Origin: a bacterium
GTDB taxonomy: Bacteria > Auribacterota > UBA3054
Assembly: GCA_017963805.1 (NCBI GenBank)
Contig: JAGCTE010000035.1
Coordinates: forward strand, 11,839 to 75,838
Direction of reading: 5' to 3'
DNA length: 64,000 nt
Shown here: piece by piece, positions 8,865 to 18,572 of the stretch
Layout of the letters: the number at the start of each line of letters is the position of its first letter
Numbering within the stretch: position 1 is the stretch's first letter
Position numbers and translations under genes: made by a program
The notes under the pieces: generated by a model
The model's input: only the letters and a program-made list of their open reading frames with translations
The model's database searches: none
What the model was told of the DNA's origin: nothing

Positions 8865-9820
8865 TCCTTCTTACCGGTGGAGCCGGCTACATTGGCAGTC
8901 ATTGTGTGAAACGTCTTATGTCGAAAGGTTACGAGGTAGCCGTGCTTGACAATTTGTCCCGCGGTTTCCGCGACGCGGTGGTTACGCCCTATTTCTACGA
9001 GGGCGACATTGGCGACAGAGCCATTTTGGAAAAGATCTTCACCGAACACAAGATCGAAGCCGTCATGCACTTCTCCGCTTTCGCCGCGGTGGGAGAGTCC
9101 GTCGAGCACCCCGACATGTATTACAAGAACAACGTGGCCCAGACGCTGACGCTCATCACCGCCTGCCGCGATTTCGGCGTCAACAACTTCATCTTCTCGT
9201 CCACCTGCGCGACCTACGGCGACGTCAAGAAGGTCCCCATTAGCGAAGACACGCCGATCGCCCCTCTCAACCCTTACGGCTGGTCCAAGCGCATGGTCGA
9301 GCTTATCCTCGACGACTTTAGCAAGGCCTACGGCATGCACTACTGCATCTTCCGCTACTTCAACGCCGCGGGCGCCGACCCGGAAGGCCAGCTTAGGGAA
9401 CGCCACGATCCCGAGACGCACCTCATCCCGCTTGTCCTTCAGGTCGCCCAGGGAAAACGCCAGAGCATCAAAGTCTTCGGCACGGATTATCCCACGCCCG
9501 ACGGCACTTGCATCAGGGACTACATCCACGTGGACGATCTTTCCGAAGCGCACATCCTCGGCTTGGAATACCTGAAGAGGGAAAAGAAGAACGGCATCTT
9601 CAATCTCGGAAGCGAGAACGGCTTCTCCGTCCGCGAGGTCATCGACGTCTGCCGCAAGGTGACGGGAAAAGAGATCCCGGAAGTCATGGTCGAACGCCGC
9701 CCGGGCGACGCGCCGAAACTGGTCGCCGATTCCACGAAAGCCAAGACCATACTTGGCTGGCAGCCCAAGGAGAGCGAGCTCGAATACATCGTCGAAACCG
9801 CTTGGAAAAGCATGAAATGA
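8861..9820 (+). CDS. galE: UDP-glucose 4-epimerase
   Basis: MILLTGGAGYIGSH Rossmann motif, YxxxK (YGWSKRMVE) and full-length GalE similarity. ATG 8861 overlaps the upstream stop (ATGA). Confidence 0.9.
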   Translation: MILLTGGAGYIGSHCVKRLMSKGYEVAVLDNLSRGFRDAVVTPYFYEGDIGDRAILEKIFTEHKIEAVMHFSAFAAVGESVEHPDMYYKNNVAQTLTLITACRDFGVNNFIFSSTCATYGDVKKVPISEDTPIAPLNPYGWSKRMVELILDDFSKAYGMHYCIFRYFNAAGADPEGQLRERHDPETHLIPLVLQVAQGKRQSIKVFGTDYPTPDGTCIRDYIHVDDLSEAHILGLEYLKREKKNGIFNLGSENGFSVREVIDVCRKVTGKEIPEVMVERRPGDAPKLVADSTKAKTILGWQPKESELEYIVETAWKSMK

Positions 9821-9835
9821 TCAACTGGTGAAACT

Positions 9836-11653
9836 ATGAAAAAAATTATCCCGCTTCTGGCCGCCTTCGCTTTCGCGCTGACGCTTTCATCCTTCGCGGA
9901 AGAGAGCAATACGGTCGCGAAAGCCTCCGTCGACATGCCGGCCATCACTCAGGCGATCCACCGCGTTACGCTTGACAACTGGACGCCCAAGAAATTCGAG
10001 CAGCTGTCCACCGCCGTTGCCCAGAACCCGCCGTACGCCTACTATGTCCTGGCGCTGACGCAGTGGATGGTCAACAACTACGACCCGGCCAAGATCAAGG
10101 AAGAGTCCTGGTGCTCGATGGTGGGGCTTCAGCGCTGGTGCACGTTCCTCCACGCGCACAGAAGGGAGCTGGCGAACCTTGACAAGAGGTTCCTCAACTA
10201 CATCATGTCGAACAGGGACTTCACGGAGAACTTCTTCGAGGCCTACTCCTCAAAGGACAACCTTGAGGGCGTCATGCGCATTCTCCAGGAGTACTATCTC
10301 CAGCGCCCCAAGACCTTCCCGAAATACAACAGGCTTGCCATCGCCCTTGCCATCGTCTGGGACCATCCGCGTCCCTCCAAGCCGCACGGGCAGGTGCCTG
10401 ACAGCGCGGTCGTGCAGAACAACGACACCGATCTGGAACGCTACGACTTCTGGGTGCAGTCCAACGAAAAAGGCCTTATAGAGTGCGACTTCACCAAGAC
10501 AGACCCCGGCATCATAAAATTCATCGTCAACGCCAACGCTCCCGTATCCGAACTGGCCTGGGCCCAGCAGCACACCCATTACACCAGGAGCAGGCTCGGC
10601 AACGCCTACGGTTCCATTCACTACGTCTACGAGCGCGTGGAAAAGGGCCAGTACAGCTGGCCGCACGAGATCTATTCTCTCAAAGAGATCAAGAAAAGAG
10701 GCGGCATCTGCTGCGACCAGGCTTACTATTCCTCGACGGTCGGCAAAGCCGGCGGCGTTCCGACGCTTTATTTCGGCGGTTCCGGCCGCGTCGGCTGGCA
10801 CGCCTGGCTCGGATACCTCAAGGACAACGACACGTGGGATCTGGAATGCGGACGCTATTCCTCCCAGAACTACGTGGTCGGGCACGCCCAGGATCCCCAG
10901 ACCGACGAGAACATGACCGACCATCAGCTCCTGCTTCTGACCGACGATGTTTACACCAAGGAAGACTACAAGCAGGCCAACCGCATGGTCTACATGTCGC
11001 ACGTTTTCTCCTTCACGAAGTATCCCGAAAGGGCGCTGGAAATAATCGACAACGCCATAAAGCTGGCGCCGAAGAACGTCTACGCCTGGAACTTCAAGAC
11101 GCAGCTATTGGAGAAGACGAACTCCACAAACCTTGTCGCCCATCTTGACGCCATGATAGGCCAGTTCCGCTACGTCGAGGACATCACGGCCGCCTGCCGC
11201 CAGAAGCTCATCAAGGCCGCCATGGCCGCCGGCAACGAAGAGCTGGCCGTTCAGATGGAGAAGAAGATCATCGACACGACGAAAAAGGACCGCTACGACC
11301 TCAGCCTCAAGGTCTACCGCGACCGCGCCACCCAGCTGATGAGCGAAGGCAAATGGAAAGAGGCCGGCGACGAGGTCAGGAAATTCGTCAAGAAATTCAA
11401 CAAGGAGGCCGCGGACTGCATGAGCATCACGGCCTGGTTCGTAAGGGCTTCCATAAGCAACGACCAGATCACGGAAGCCAACAAGACTTTCCGCAACTTC
11501 AAATCCTGCGTGGATTGGAACGACAGGTTCTTCAAGCAGATCAGGGAAATGACGCTGGCGCTTGGCAAAGAAGTCGACGAAGCCAACAGGGTCCACAGCC
11601 GCAAGCAGGCAAGCGGCGGCAAGTCCAACGAAGAGGAAGAAGAAGAAGAGTAA
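9836..11653 (+). CDS. secreted protein with a possible transglutaminase-like cysteine-peptidase core and an acidic C-terminal tail
   Basis: Signal peptide MKKIIPLLAAFAFALTLSSFA. Cys-His pattern (RGGICCDQAYYSS...GRVGWHAWLGY...D) reminiscent of the transglutaminase-like fold. C-terminus ends in EEEEEEE. Confidence 0.55.
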   Translation: MKKIIPLLAAFAFALTLSSFAEESNTVAKASVDMPAITQAIHRVTLDNWTPKKFEQLSTAVAQNPPYAYYVLALTQWMVNNYDPAKIKEESWCSMVGLQRWCTFLHAHRRELANLDKRFLNYIMSNRDFTENFFEAYSSKDNLEGVMRILQEYYLQRPKTFPKYNRLAIALAIVWDHPRPSKPHGQVPDSAVVQNNDTDLERYDFWVQSNEKGLIECDFTKTDPGIIKFIVNANAPVSELAWAQQHTHYTRSRLGNAYGSIHYVYERVEKGQYSWPHEIYSLKEIKKRGGICCDQAYYSSTVGKAGGVPTLYFGGSGRVGWHAWLGYLKDNDTWDLECGRYSSQNYVVGHAQDPQTDENMTDHQLLLLTDDVYTKEDYKQANRMVYMSHVFSFTKYPERALEIIDNAIKLAPKNVYAWNFKTQLLEKTNSTNLVAHLDAMIGQFRYVEDITAACRQKLIKAAMAAGNEELAVQMEKKIIDTTKKDRYDLSLKVYRDRATQLMSEGKWKEAGDEVRKFVKKFNKEAADCMSITAWFVRASISNDQITEANKTFRNFKSCVDWNDRFFKQIREMTLALGKEVDEANRVHSRKQASGGKSNEEEEEEE

Positions 11654-11677
11654 AAATCAAAAAAACAGGAGACGTCA

Positions 11678-14600
11678 ATGAGAATGCACCTTCCCTTGGC
11701 GGCGCTGATCGTTTTCGGCGCTGTTAGCCTAGTTCACGCCGAAACGCCCGCTCCCAATCCCGAACACGCCGCGCTCTGCCGCCGGGCCGCCGCGGAAGGC
11801 ATGGTCCTTCTTGAAAACAAAAAGAACGCCCTGCCTTTGCTCAAAGGCGAAAGGATCACTCTCGTAGGAAAAGCCCAGATCCATTTTTCCCAGACCGGCA
11901 CGGGCAGCGGCGACGTCAACGCCTATTATTCCGTAAACTTCCTTATGGGCGCGGAGGCAAGGGAAAAAGAAGGCGATATCACGATCTGCAAGGAATTGTC
12001 CGACAAATACAAAGCCGACGAAAATTACTTTCCGACCATTGAAGAGCTGAAAGAGGCGGCCGACAAATATCCCGCCGCTTTCGTCTTCATCTCCCGCAAC
12101 TGCGGCGAGAACACCTCCAGGCATCTGACAAAAGGCGACTACTACCTTACCGACGACGAGGAGAAGCTTCTTGACCTTACGACGAAGGCCGGCTTTTACA
12201 AAGTCATAGTGGTCGTCAACAGCGGAGCGCTGATCGATCTCTCATTCATGGACCGCTATTCAATAGACGCGCTCATCCTGGCCTGGCAGCCCGGCATGGA
12301 AGGCGGCAACGCCTTCTGGGACGTCGCGCTCGGCGACGTTCCGCCCTGCGGCAAACTATCCGACACCATCCCCAAAAGCTACGGCGATTACCCCTCCTCC
12401 TCCTGTTACAGGGAAAGCAGGGAATACAGCGAATACAGAGAGGACGTTTACGTCGGCTACCGCTATTTCGAGACCTTCGATCCCAGGGGCTTGAAAGTCC
12501 GCTATCCCTTCGGCTACGGCCTAACCTACACCAGCTTCCTTTACGAATACGTCAACCCCTCCTTCGACAAGGACAATTTCGTCATCGAAGCGAAAGTGAA
12601 GAACAGCGGAAGGAGAGCGGGCCGCGAGGTCCTGCAGGTCTATTATTCCCGTCCCAAGGGACGTTTCGGCAGCCCGGCCATTGAGCTTGGCGCCTACAAG
12701 AAGACGAAACTTCTGCAGCCCGGCGAAAGCGAAGTCGTAAAGATCTCCTTCCCGATAAACCAGATGAGGAGCTTTGACGAAGAGGCCAACTGCTATGTAA
12801 TGGAAAGCGGCGAATACAATTTCTACTTCGGCAATTCCGTTGTGGACGCCAGGCTGAAGGGCTCCTTGGGCAACTACACCATGTCCTGTCCCAGCACATT
12901 GGAAAAATGCATTGCCAAGCTTCCCCCGCCCGTTCTTTTGTCCAGCGTTCTGAAAGCCGACGGAACATATGATCTGCCCTATAGGGGAAAACTGGAAGAT
13001 CAGGAAGCGCTCGGCCTTATCAAGGACGACGGGCAACCCGTTTCGCCCTTCTGCTTCAGGCTGCGCTCCTGGAACGCCTGGGTCGGCAACGGGCTCGATT
13101 TCACGTATTTCTCGGGGCTGACTCTTCCGAAAGACAACTGGGTGGAGTATTTGATACATATTTCCGAGGCGAAAGAGCACAAGCTCTATATATCTCTCCC
13201 TCGCGAGGCGAAACTGGCCGCCGCTTTGGACACGGGATCTTATGATGACGCGGTCGTTGCCGCGGAAGAACAATCGCTTAACGCGAAGGTGTGGCGTTTC
13301 TACGCCGCCCCCGGTTATCACAGGCTGAAGATCAAAAACCTGAGCCCGGAAGAACACGCCGTAATTTCAAGCCTGGCCATCGACAGCGGCAGCGGCCCCG
13401 GCAATTGGAGACTTTCCAACACCCTTCCCGAAGGCAAAGAAATGTCCTTTGAGGAAGTCGTCAAAGATCCCCAAAAAATGGGCGAGTTCTTAGATTCGCT
13501 GACGATAGAGGACTTCGCCCGCCTAAACAGCGGGCAGGGCAGCGGCGTAAGCCCCACCGGCAGCGTGGGCGCCATGGGGGACCGCGAAGTGGAAGCGCTG
13601 CACACCGCGGACGGACCGGCGGGCTTGCGCCTCAACGCGCCCCAGACCGCCTGGCCTGTGGAAGCGCTTTTAGCCTGCACCTGGGACACGGAGCTCCTCT
13701 ACAAGATCGGCGAGGCCATAAGGGATGAAATGGCCAAAGCCGGCGTCGCCGTCTGGCTGGCGCCGGGACTCAACATTCACAGAGATCCCCTTTGCGGCCG
13801 CAACTTCGAGTACTATTCCGAAGATCCCTACCTGACTGGAACGCTGGCCGCCGCCATCATAAAGGGCGTGCAGAGCAAGGGCGACCGCGGCGTCGAGATG
13901 AAGCACCTTTGCGCCAACAACCGCGAGGAAAACCGCCTTAACAACGATTCCAGAGTGAGCGTCAGAGCGCTGAGGGAAATTTACCTCAGAGCTTTCGAGA
14001 TCGCCGTGAAGGAGGCCCAGCCCTGGGCGATCATGTGCTCTTACAACTGCTTCAACGGCATCCACACCTCCGAATCGAAAGCGCTTTTGACAGATCTTCT
14101 GAGGAAAGAGTGGGGCTTCAAAGGCTTCGTCACGACCGACTGGGGCAGCCAGAGCGTTTGCTGGAAAGAGATCAAGGCCGGCTGCAACGTGCAGATGCCC
14201 TGGGGCGAGAGCAGGGAGCTTATCGCGGCCTACAAAGCCGGGCTTATCTCGCTTGACGAACTGAAGAGCAGCACCGAAAAGATCCTTGCCATAGCGGCCC
14301 AATATATGAGACTAATGCCGAAGCAGCCGGTCAAAACGACCGAGCAGCCGGAGGGCGATGTTTGGCGATTGAAGGGTACGGAAGCCGGCAGGATAAGCTC
14401 CGGCATAGGCCGCGAAGCCTGCCAGGACGAAACGGACGGCGGCGAAAACCTTACGCACGTCAGCGCCAAGAGCGCCTATATGGAATTCAAGCTCAACGTT
14501 CAGCGGGGAGGCAAATACAACGTCAGCATCCGCTTCTCCTCGCCCGACGGCACGGGAAAAGTTAAGATCAGTTTGAACGGCGAAGAGCGGTATGTCTGGG

Positions 14601-14749
14601 AAAACACCGTCAAGACCGGCAACTGGCAAGCCTGGCAGACCGCGGAGAACGTAACGTCCCTGGAACTTCCCGAAGGCGAGCAGATACTTAGGTTCACCGC
14701 CCTGGACGGCCTCTTCAACATAAACTACGTCGACCTTACCAAAGAATAA
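11678..14749 (+). CDS. glycoside hydrolase family 3 (beta-glucosidase/xylosidase-like) with permuted domain order and a C-terminal CBM-like domain
   Basis: Signal peptide. A GH3 C-terminal-domain-like segment comes first (VVVNSGALIDLSF...ILAWQPGMEGGNA). A Fn3-like segment follows (VKNSGRRAGREVLQVYYS...). The GH3 N-terminal catalytic-domain-like segment comes late (KHLCANNRE...GFKGFVTTDWGS). The final ~120 aa form a beta-sandwich CBM-like tail (INYVDL). Confidence 0.8.
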   Translation: MRMHLPLAALIVFGAVSLVHAETPAPNPEHAALCRRAAAEGMVLLENKKNALPLLKGERITLVGKAQIHFSQTGTGSGDVNAYYSVNFLMGAEAREKEGDITICKELSDKYKADENYFPTIEELKEAADKYPAAFVFISRNCGENTSRHLTKGDYYLTDDEEKLLDLTTKAGFYKVIVVVNSGALIDLSFMDRYSIDALILAWQPGMEGGNAFWDVALGDVPPCGKLSDTIPKSYGDYPSSSCYRESREYSEYREDVYVGYRYFETFDPRGLKVRYPFGYGLTYTSFLYEYVNPSFDKDNFVIEAKVKNSGRRAGREVLQVYYSRPKGRFGSPAIELGAYKKTKLLQPGESEVVKISFPINQMRSFDEEANCYVMESGEYNFYFGNSVVDARLKGSLGNYTMSCPSTLEKCIAKLPPPVLLSSVLKADGTYDLPYRGKLEDQEALGLIKDDGQPVSPFCFRLRSWNAWVGNGLDFTYFSGLTLPKDNWVEYLIHISEAKEHKLYISLPREAKLAAALDTGSYDDAVVAAEEQSLNAKVWRFYAAPGYHRLKIKNLSPEEHAVISSLAIDSGSGPGNWRLSNTLPEGKEMSFEEVVKDPQKMGEFLDSLTIEDFARLNSGQGSGVSPTGSVGAMGDREVEALHTADGPAGLRLNAPQTAWPVEALLACTWDTELLYKIGEAIRDEMAKAGVAVWLAPGLNIHRDPLCGRNFEYYSEDPYLTGTLAAAIIKGVQSKGDRGVEMKHLCANNREENRLNNDSRVSVRALREIYLRAFEIAVKEAQPWAIMCSYNCFNGIHTSESKALLTDLLRKEWGFKGFVTTDWGSQSVCWKEIKAGCNVQMPWGESRELIAAYKAGLISLDELKSSTEKILAIAAQYMRLMPKQPVKTTEQPEGDVWRLKGTEAGRISSGIGREACQDETDGGENLTHVSAKSAYMEFKLNVQRGGKYNVSIRFSSPDGTGKVKISLNGEERYVWENTVKTGNWQAWQTAENVTSLELPEGEQILRFTALDGLFNINYVDLTKE

Positions 14750-14756
14750 GCGCTTG

Positions 14757-14796
14757 CAAAAAAAAGAGCCCGCTTGAAGCGGGCTCTTTTTTTTAT
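14757..14796. terminator. bidirectional rho-independent terminator between convergent GH3 and lpxA genes
   Basis: aaaaaaaagagcccgc-ttgaa-gcgggctcttttttttat: a perfect 9-bp GC stem flanked by an A-run and a T-run. Confidence 0.75.
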
Positions 14797-14805
14797 CGCG
14801 CCAAT

Positions 14806-15576
14806 TCACCTTGTCAGGCCGCGCTCGCATTTGGTTAGAAAGTCGGCCAGTTCCATGATCTCCGGAACGTCCTGGTATTCCTGTTTGAGTTTTTCCACGG
14901 CTTCCTTCAGCTTCAGCTCCTGGCGGAAGATGATCTTGTAGGCCTGGTTCATCTTCTGGATGGTCTCGTCGGGGATGCCGAGTCTGCTCATCCTAACTCT
15001 ATTGATGGTGGCGCATCTTGGCGGCACGCCGTCCACGAGCGTAAAGGGAGCGACGTCCATGGTGACTTTCGTGCAGCCGCCGATCATGGCCATCTTTCCG
15101 ATGCGGCAGAACTGGTGCACGCCCGCCATGCCGCTAAGGACGGCGTAGTCGCCGACCTGGACGTGCCCGGCCAAGGTCGCGGCGTTGCTCATTATGATGT
15201 TGTCGCCAAGTATGCATTCGTGGGCGATATGGCAGTAGGCCATGATGAGATTGTGGTTGCCGACGATGGTCTTGCTGCCGTCTTGGGTGGCGCAGTGGAT
15301 GGTGGCGAATTCCCTTACGACGTTGTCGTTGCCTATTTCAAGGTAGCACTTGTTGCCTTCCTTGTATTTGAGGTCCTGGGTCTTCTGCCCGATGGCCGCC
15401 ATCGGGAAGAAGGTGTTGCGTTCGCCGATGGTCGTTAGGCCGTCTATGACGACGTGGCTCTTAAGGACGCAGCCGGCGCCGATTCTGACGTTCTCGCCGA
15501 TCACGCAATAAGGTCCTATTTCAACGTCCGGGGCAATCTGCGCGCCCGGGCTGATGACTGCGGTTGGATGGATCAT
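14806..15576 (-). CDS. lpxA: acyl-ACP--UDP-N-acetylglucosamine O-acyltransferase
   Basis: Hexapeptide-repeat left-handed beta-helix with the MIHPTAVISPGAQI start and a helical C-terminal domain typical of LpxA. Confidence 0.93.
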   Translation of the reverse strand: MIHPTAVISPGAQIAPDVEIGPYCVIGENVRIGAGCVLKSHVVIDGLTTIGERNTFFPMAAIGQKTQDLKYKEGNKCYLEIGNDNVVREFATIHCATQDGSKTIVGNHNLIMAYCHIAHECILGDNIIMSNAATLAGHVQVGDYAVLSGMAGVHQFCRIGKMAMIGGCTKVTMDVAPFTLVDGVPPRCATINRVRMSRLGIPDETIQKMNQAYKIIFRQELKLKEAVEKLKQEYQDVPEIMELADFLTKCERGLTR

Positions 15577-15583
15577 GGGGGCT

Positions 15584-16060
15584 TTATTCCTTTTCTGCTT
15601 TTTCTTCTTTGTTCATCACGACGGCGAAGGCCAGCTCTCCCTCGGCGACTTTCTGGCCGTCGACGGAGGCGACCGCTTTGCATTTGCCCATGGTGGAGCG
15701 CATGGAGATGATGTCGATCCTTAAGTGAAGCTGATCGCCAGGCTGGACGGGCTTTCTGAACTTCACCTTGTCCATCGTGAGGAAGTAGGGGATGAGCCCC
15801 TTGAACCTCGGGTTGGACAAAACGACGATGGCCGCGGCCTGGGCCAAGGATTCCATGATAAGGACGCCCGGCATGACGGGCTGTCCGGGGAAGTGGCCGA
15901 CGAAGAAAGGCTCGTTCATGGTCACGTTCTTGATGGCGTCGACGTAGGTGTCGCAGTCGGTGGCCACGACTCTGTCGACTAAGAGGAAGGGAGGACGGTG
16001 CGGCAATAACGCCATGATGTCCTGGATATTGAGGCTGATAGGAGCTTTGGATTCTTCCAT
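15584..16060 (-). CDS. fabZ: 3-hydroxyacyl-ACP dehydratase
   Basis: [11 protein letters not shown] and [20 protein letters not shown] hotdog-fold motifs. Confidence 0.95.
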   Translation of the reverse strand: MEESKAPISLNIQDIMALLPHRPPFLLVDRVVATDCDTYVDAIKNVTMNEPFFVGHFPGQPVMPGVLIMESLAQAAAIVVLSNPRFKGLIPYFLTMDKVKFRKPVQPGDQLHLRIDIISMRSTMGKCKAVASVDGQKVAEGELAFAVVMNKEEKAEKE

Positions 16061-16081
16061 GATCTTTAGAAAATGTTTATG

Positions 16082-16960
16082 TTAATTTTTGTTAGCCAGG
16101 GCGAAGAGCGCCGCCGCGGCTTTGTTGTTCAGGGTGTGTCCGGAGCGGGAGGATATGACGTGGGCTTTCAGCCTTCTTCCCGTCAGGGCGAGGTCGCCTA
16201 TAAGGTCCATCACTTTGTGGCGGACGAACTCGTCTTCGTAGCGGAGGCCGTCCTTGCTTAGGATGGCGTTGTCCGTTATGACGATGGCGTTGTTAAGGGA
16301 GCCGCCTTTTATGAGGCCTCTGGAAAGCAGGGCCGACAGTTCGCTGTAAAGGGCGAAGGTCCTGCTCGGCGCGATGTTCTTGAGGAAGTTCTCCTCGTTG
16401 ACGACCGTTTCGAAAAACTGCGTGCCGATGACGGGATGAGGATACGTCATGGTGTAAGAGATCTTGTATTCGTCGGCGGGGAGTATCTCTATCGTCGCGT
16501 CGCCCTGCTCGACTTTGATGGGTTCCTTTACCGTAAGCTCGGGGAGCCTTTCCGCTTCGAGTTCAACCAGGCCGGCCTCCTTCAAGGTCTCGGCGAACTG
16601 AATGCCGCTGCCGTCCATCAAAGGAGTCTCCATGGCCGTCGCCTCGACGAAAAGGTTGTCTATTCCGAGGCAGTAGATGGAGGCCATAAGATGCTCAACG
16701 GTCAATACCACGATGGGAACAGGCTGCGGGGATTGCGGGACCTGGAGCAGTCTGCCGATCGTGGTGCTGCGGTCGGTGTTGAGTACGGAAGGCACCATAG
16801 CCGGGAAGGCCACGCCGCCCGGGATGGGAAGATCCGTCCTTTTGAAGACGATCCCGGTGTTGGCGGGGGCCGGAAGGAACCTTAAGGATGTGATCTCGCC
16901 GGAGTGAAGCCCGATGCCGCTGATCTTGGCTTCCCTGGCGATGGTTGTCTGTTTGGTCAT
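16082..16960 (-). CDS. lpxC: UDP-3-O-acyl-N-acetylglucosamine deacetylase
   Basis: MTKQTTIAREAKISGIGLHSG, and HTLNN near the C-terminus; full length, about 292 aa. Confidence 0.93.
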   Translation of the reverse strand: MTKQTTIAREAKISGIGLHSGEITSLRFLPAPANTGIVFKRTDLPIPGGVAFPAMVPSVLNTDRSTTIGRLLQVPQSPQPVPIVVLTVEHLMASIYCLGIDNLFVEATAMETPLMDGSGIQFAETLKEAGLVELEAERLPELTVKEPIKVEQGDATIEILPADEYKISYTMTYPHPVIGTQFFETVVNEENFLKNIAPSRTFALYSELSALLSRGLIKGGSLNNAIVITDNAILSKDGLRYEDEFVRHKVMDLIGDLALTGRRLKAHVISSRSGHTLNNKAAAALFALANKN

Positions 16961-18015
16961 TTGTTTTCTTTGGCTTTGGCTAATTCTTCTTTCAACCTGG
17001 CGACTTCCTTTTCCAGATCGTGGAGTTCCTTCAGTATCTGGGGGAGCCTCACGACGACGCTCTCGCGCTTCTTGTAGGTGATGTGCGGAGTGGCGGGTGA
17101 GCCGATGTAGAAGCCTTTTTCATGGATGTCTTTGGTGACGCCGCACTGTCCGCCTATGATGACGTCGTCGCAGATCTCGATGTGGCCGTTCAAACCGGCC
17201 TGGCCGGCTAAGATGACGCGGTTGCCGATCTTGGTCGAACCGCTCATGGCGGAGCAGCCGCACATGACGGAGTCCTCGCCGATCTCGCAGTTGTGGGCGA
17301 TCTGGCAGAGGTTGTCTATTTTGGCGCCGCGCTTGACGATCGTGGTGTCGAGCCTGGCCCTGTCGATGCAGGTGTTGGCGCCTATTTCGACGTCGTCGCC
17401 GATACTGACGTTGCCGATCTGCGGGACTTTCTCGCGCCTGCCGTTGATCTCGAGGTAGCCGAAACCGTCGGCTCCGATGACCGTCCCCGGATGGATGGTG
17501 ACGCGGTTTCCTATCTTGATGCGTTCCCTTATCGTCACGTGCGGATAGAGGAAACTGTCGTTGCCGATCTCGGTGAAGTGGCCGACGTAGCAGAAGGCGC
17601 CTATAACGCAGTTGTCGCCTATCGTCGCGCCTTCCTCTATGACGGCGTAGGGCTGGACGGAGACGTTCTTGCCCAAAACGGCGGAGGGGGATACGACGGC
17701 GGTCGGATGCACGCCGGGCGCGAATTCGACCTTAGGCGGAGCGACCTTCTCCAAAAGCTTCTGCAGGGCCAGCTGCGGGTCGGGGACGATGATGAGCGCC
17801 GGCGGGCAGTTCTCGGGGATCTTGAGGCTCGCCCTCACCAGAACGGCGGCCGCTTTGGTCGTCATCAGCGAGGGGATGTACTTCTCAACGTTCAGAAAGG
17901 TGATGTCGCCGGGTTTGGCTTCGTTGATGCCGCCGAAACCGGAGACTACGGTGTTGGGGTCGCCTTTCACTTCGGCTTCCAAAAGACCTGCTATGACGGA
18001 AACGGGGATTTCCAT
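16957..18015 (-). CDS. lpxD: UDP-3-O-(3-hydroxyacyl)glucosamine N-acyltransferase
   Basis: Hexapeptide repeats and an N-terminal LpxD-type domain; a 4-nt overlap with lpxC. Confidence 0.9.
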   Translation of the reverse strand: MEIPVSVIAGLLEAEVKGDPNTVVSGFGGINEAKPGDITFLNVEKYIPSLMTTKAAAVLVRASLKIPENCPPALIIVPDPQLALQKLLEKVAPPKVEFAPGVHPTAVVSPSAVLGKNVSVQPYAVIEEGATIGDNCVIGAFCYVGHFTEIGNDSFLYPHVTIRERIKIGNRVTIHPGTVIGADGFGYLEINGRREKVPQIGNVSIGDDVEIGANTCIDRARLDTTIVKRGAKIDNLCQIAHNCEIGEDSVMCGCSAMSGSTKIGNRVILAGQAGLNGHIEICDDVIIGGQCGVTKDIHEKGFYIGSPATPHITYKKRESVVVRLPQILKELHDLEKEVARLKEELAKAKENK

Positions 18016-18033
18016 TTATTTGTTCCTTATTTG

Positions 18034-18570
18034 TTATTTGCCCAAGGGGAGTTTGCTTCTCAGTTTGTCCAGTTCCTCGTCGTACTGGCGGTTCAGCTCG
18101 TTGGTGACTTCTTTGGTGTAGTCTTTGACGACCTTCTGGTCGAGGTAGAGGATGGCTTTAAGGTCAAGCATAAGGGAGACGTTGTCCCTGGCGCCGATCC
18201 TTTCTATGATGGCGCGGATCTTGCCCGCTATGCGCTCCATGTCGTGGCTATGCTGGGCCGTGATCTCTTCCGTGGCCTGCTCTTTGAAGCGCTCGATGCG
18301 GTCGAAGTCCCTGGCGTACTGTTCCCTTAGGGCCGCGCTCTTTTCCGCGGAAAGGGCGGAGATCTGGGCTTCCAGCTTGTCCAGCTGCGCTGTCATCTGG
18401 GCGATCTCATCGGTCCTTAGGTCGCGCTTGGTCAGGGCCTTCCTTTCGCATTCCTTAAACTCTTTGCTGCCCTGCAGCACGTCCTCGGTGTTGACGTATG
18501 CGAAGCTTAGGGCGTACGAGTTCAACGCGAGGACGGAAACAAAAAAAGCGGTGAATATCTTATTCTTCAT
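18034..18570 (-). CDS. skp: OmpH/Skp-family periplasmic chaperone
   Basis: Signal peptide plus a long coiled-coil helical body; its position directly upstream of lpxD is canonical for skp. Confidence 0.75.
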   Translation of the reverse strand: MKNKIFTAFFVSVLALNSYALSFAYVNTEDVLQGSKEFKECERKALTKRDLRTDEIAQMTAQLDKLEAQISALSAEKSAALREQYARDFDRIERFKEQATEEITAQHSHDMERIAGKIRAIIERIGARDNVSLMLDLKAILYLDQKVVKDYTKEVTNELNRQYDEELDKLRSKLPLGK

Positions 18571-18572
18571 AA

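Noticed and set aside
11596-11653. Poly-Glu C-terminal tail (EEEEEEE) as a frameshift or low-complexity artefact.
   Set aside because: It is in frame and followed by a clean stop. The downstream gene has a proper RBS and signal peptide, so it is likely genuine.
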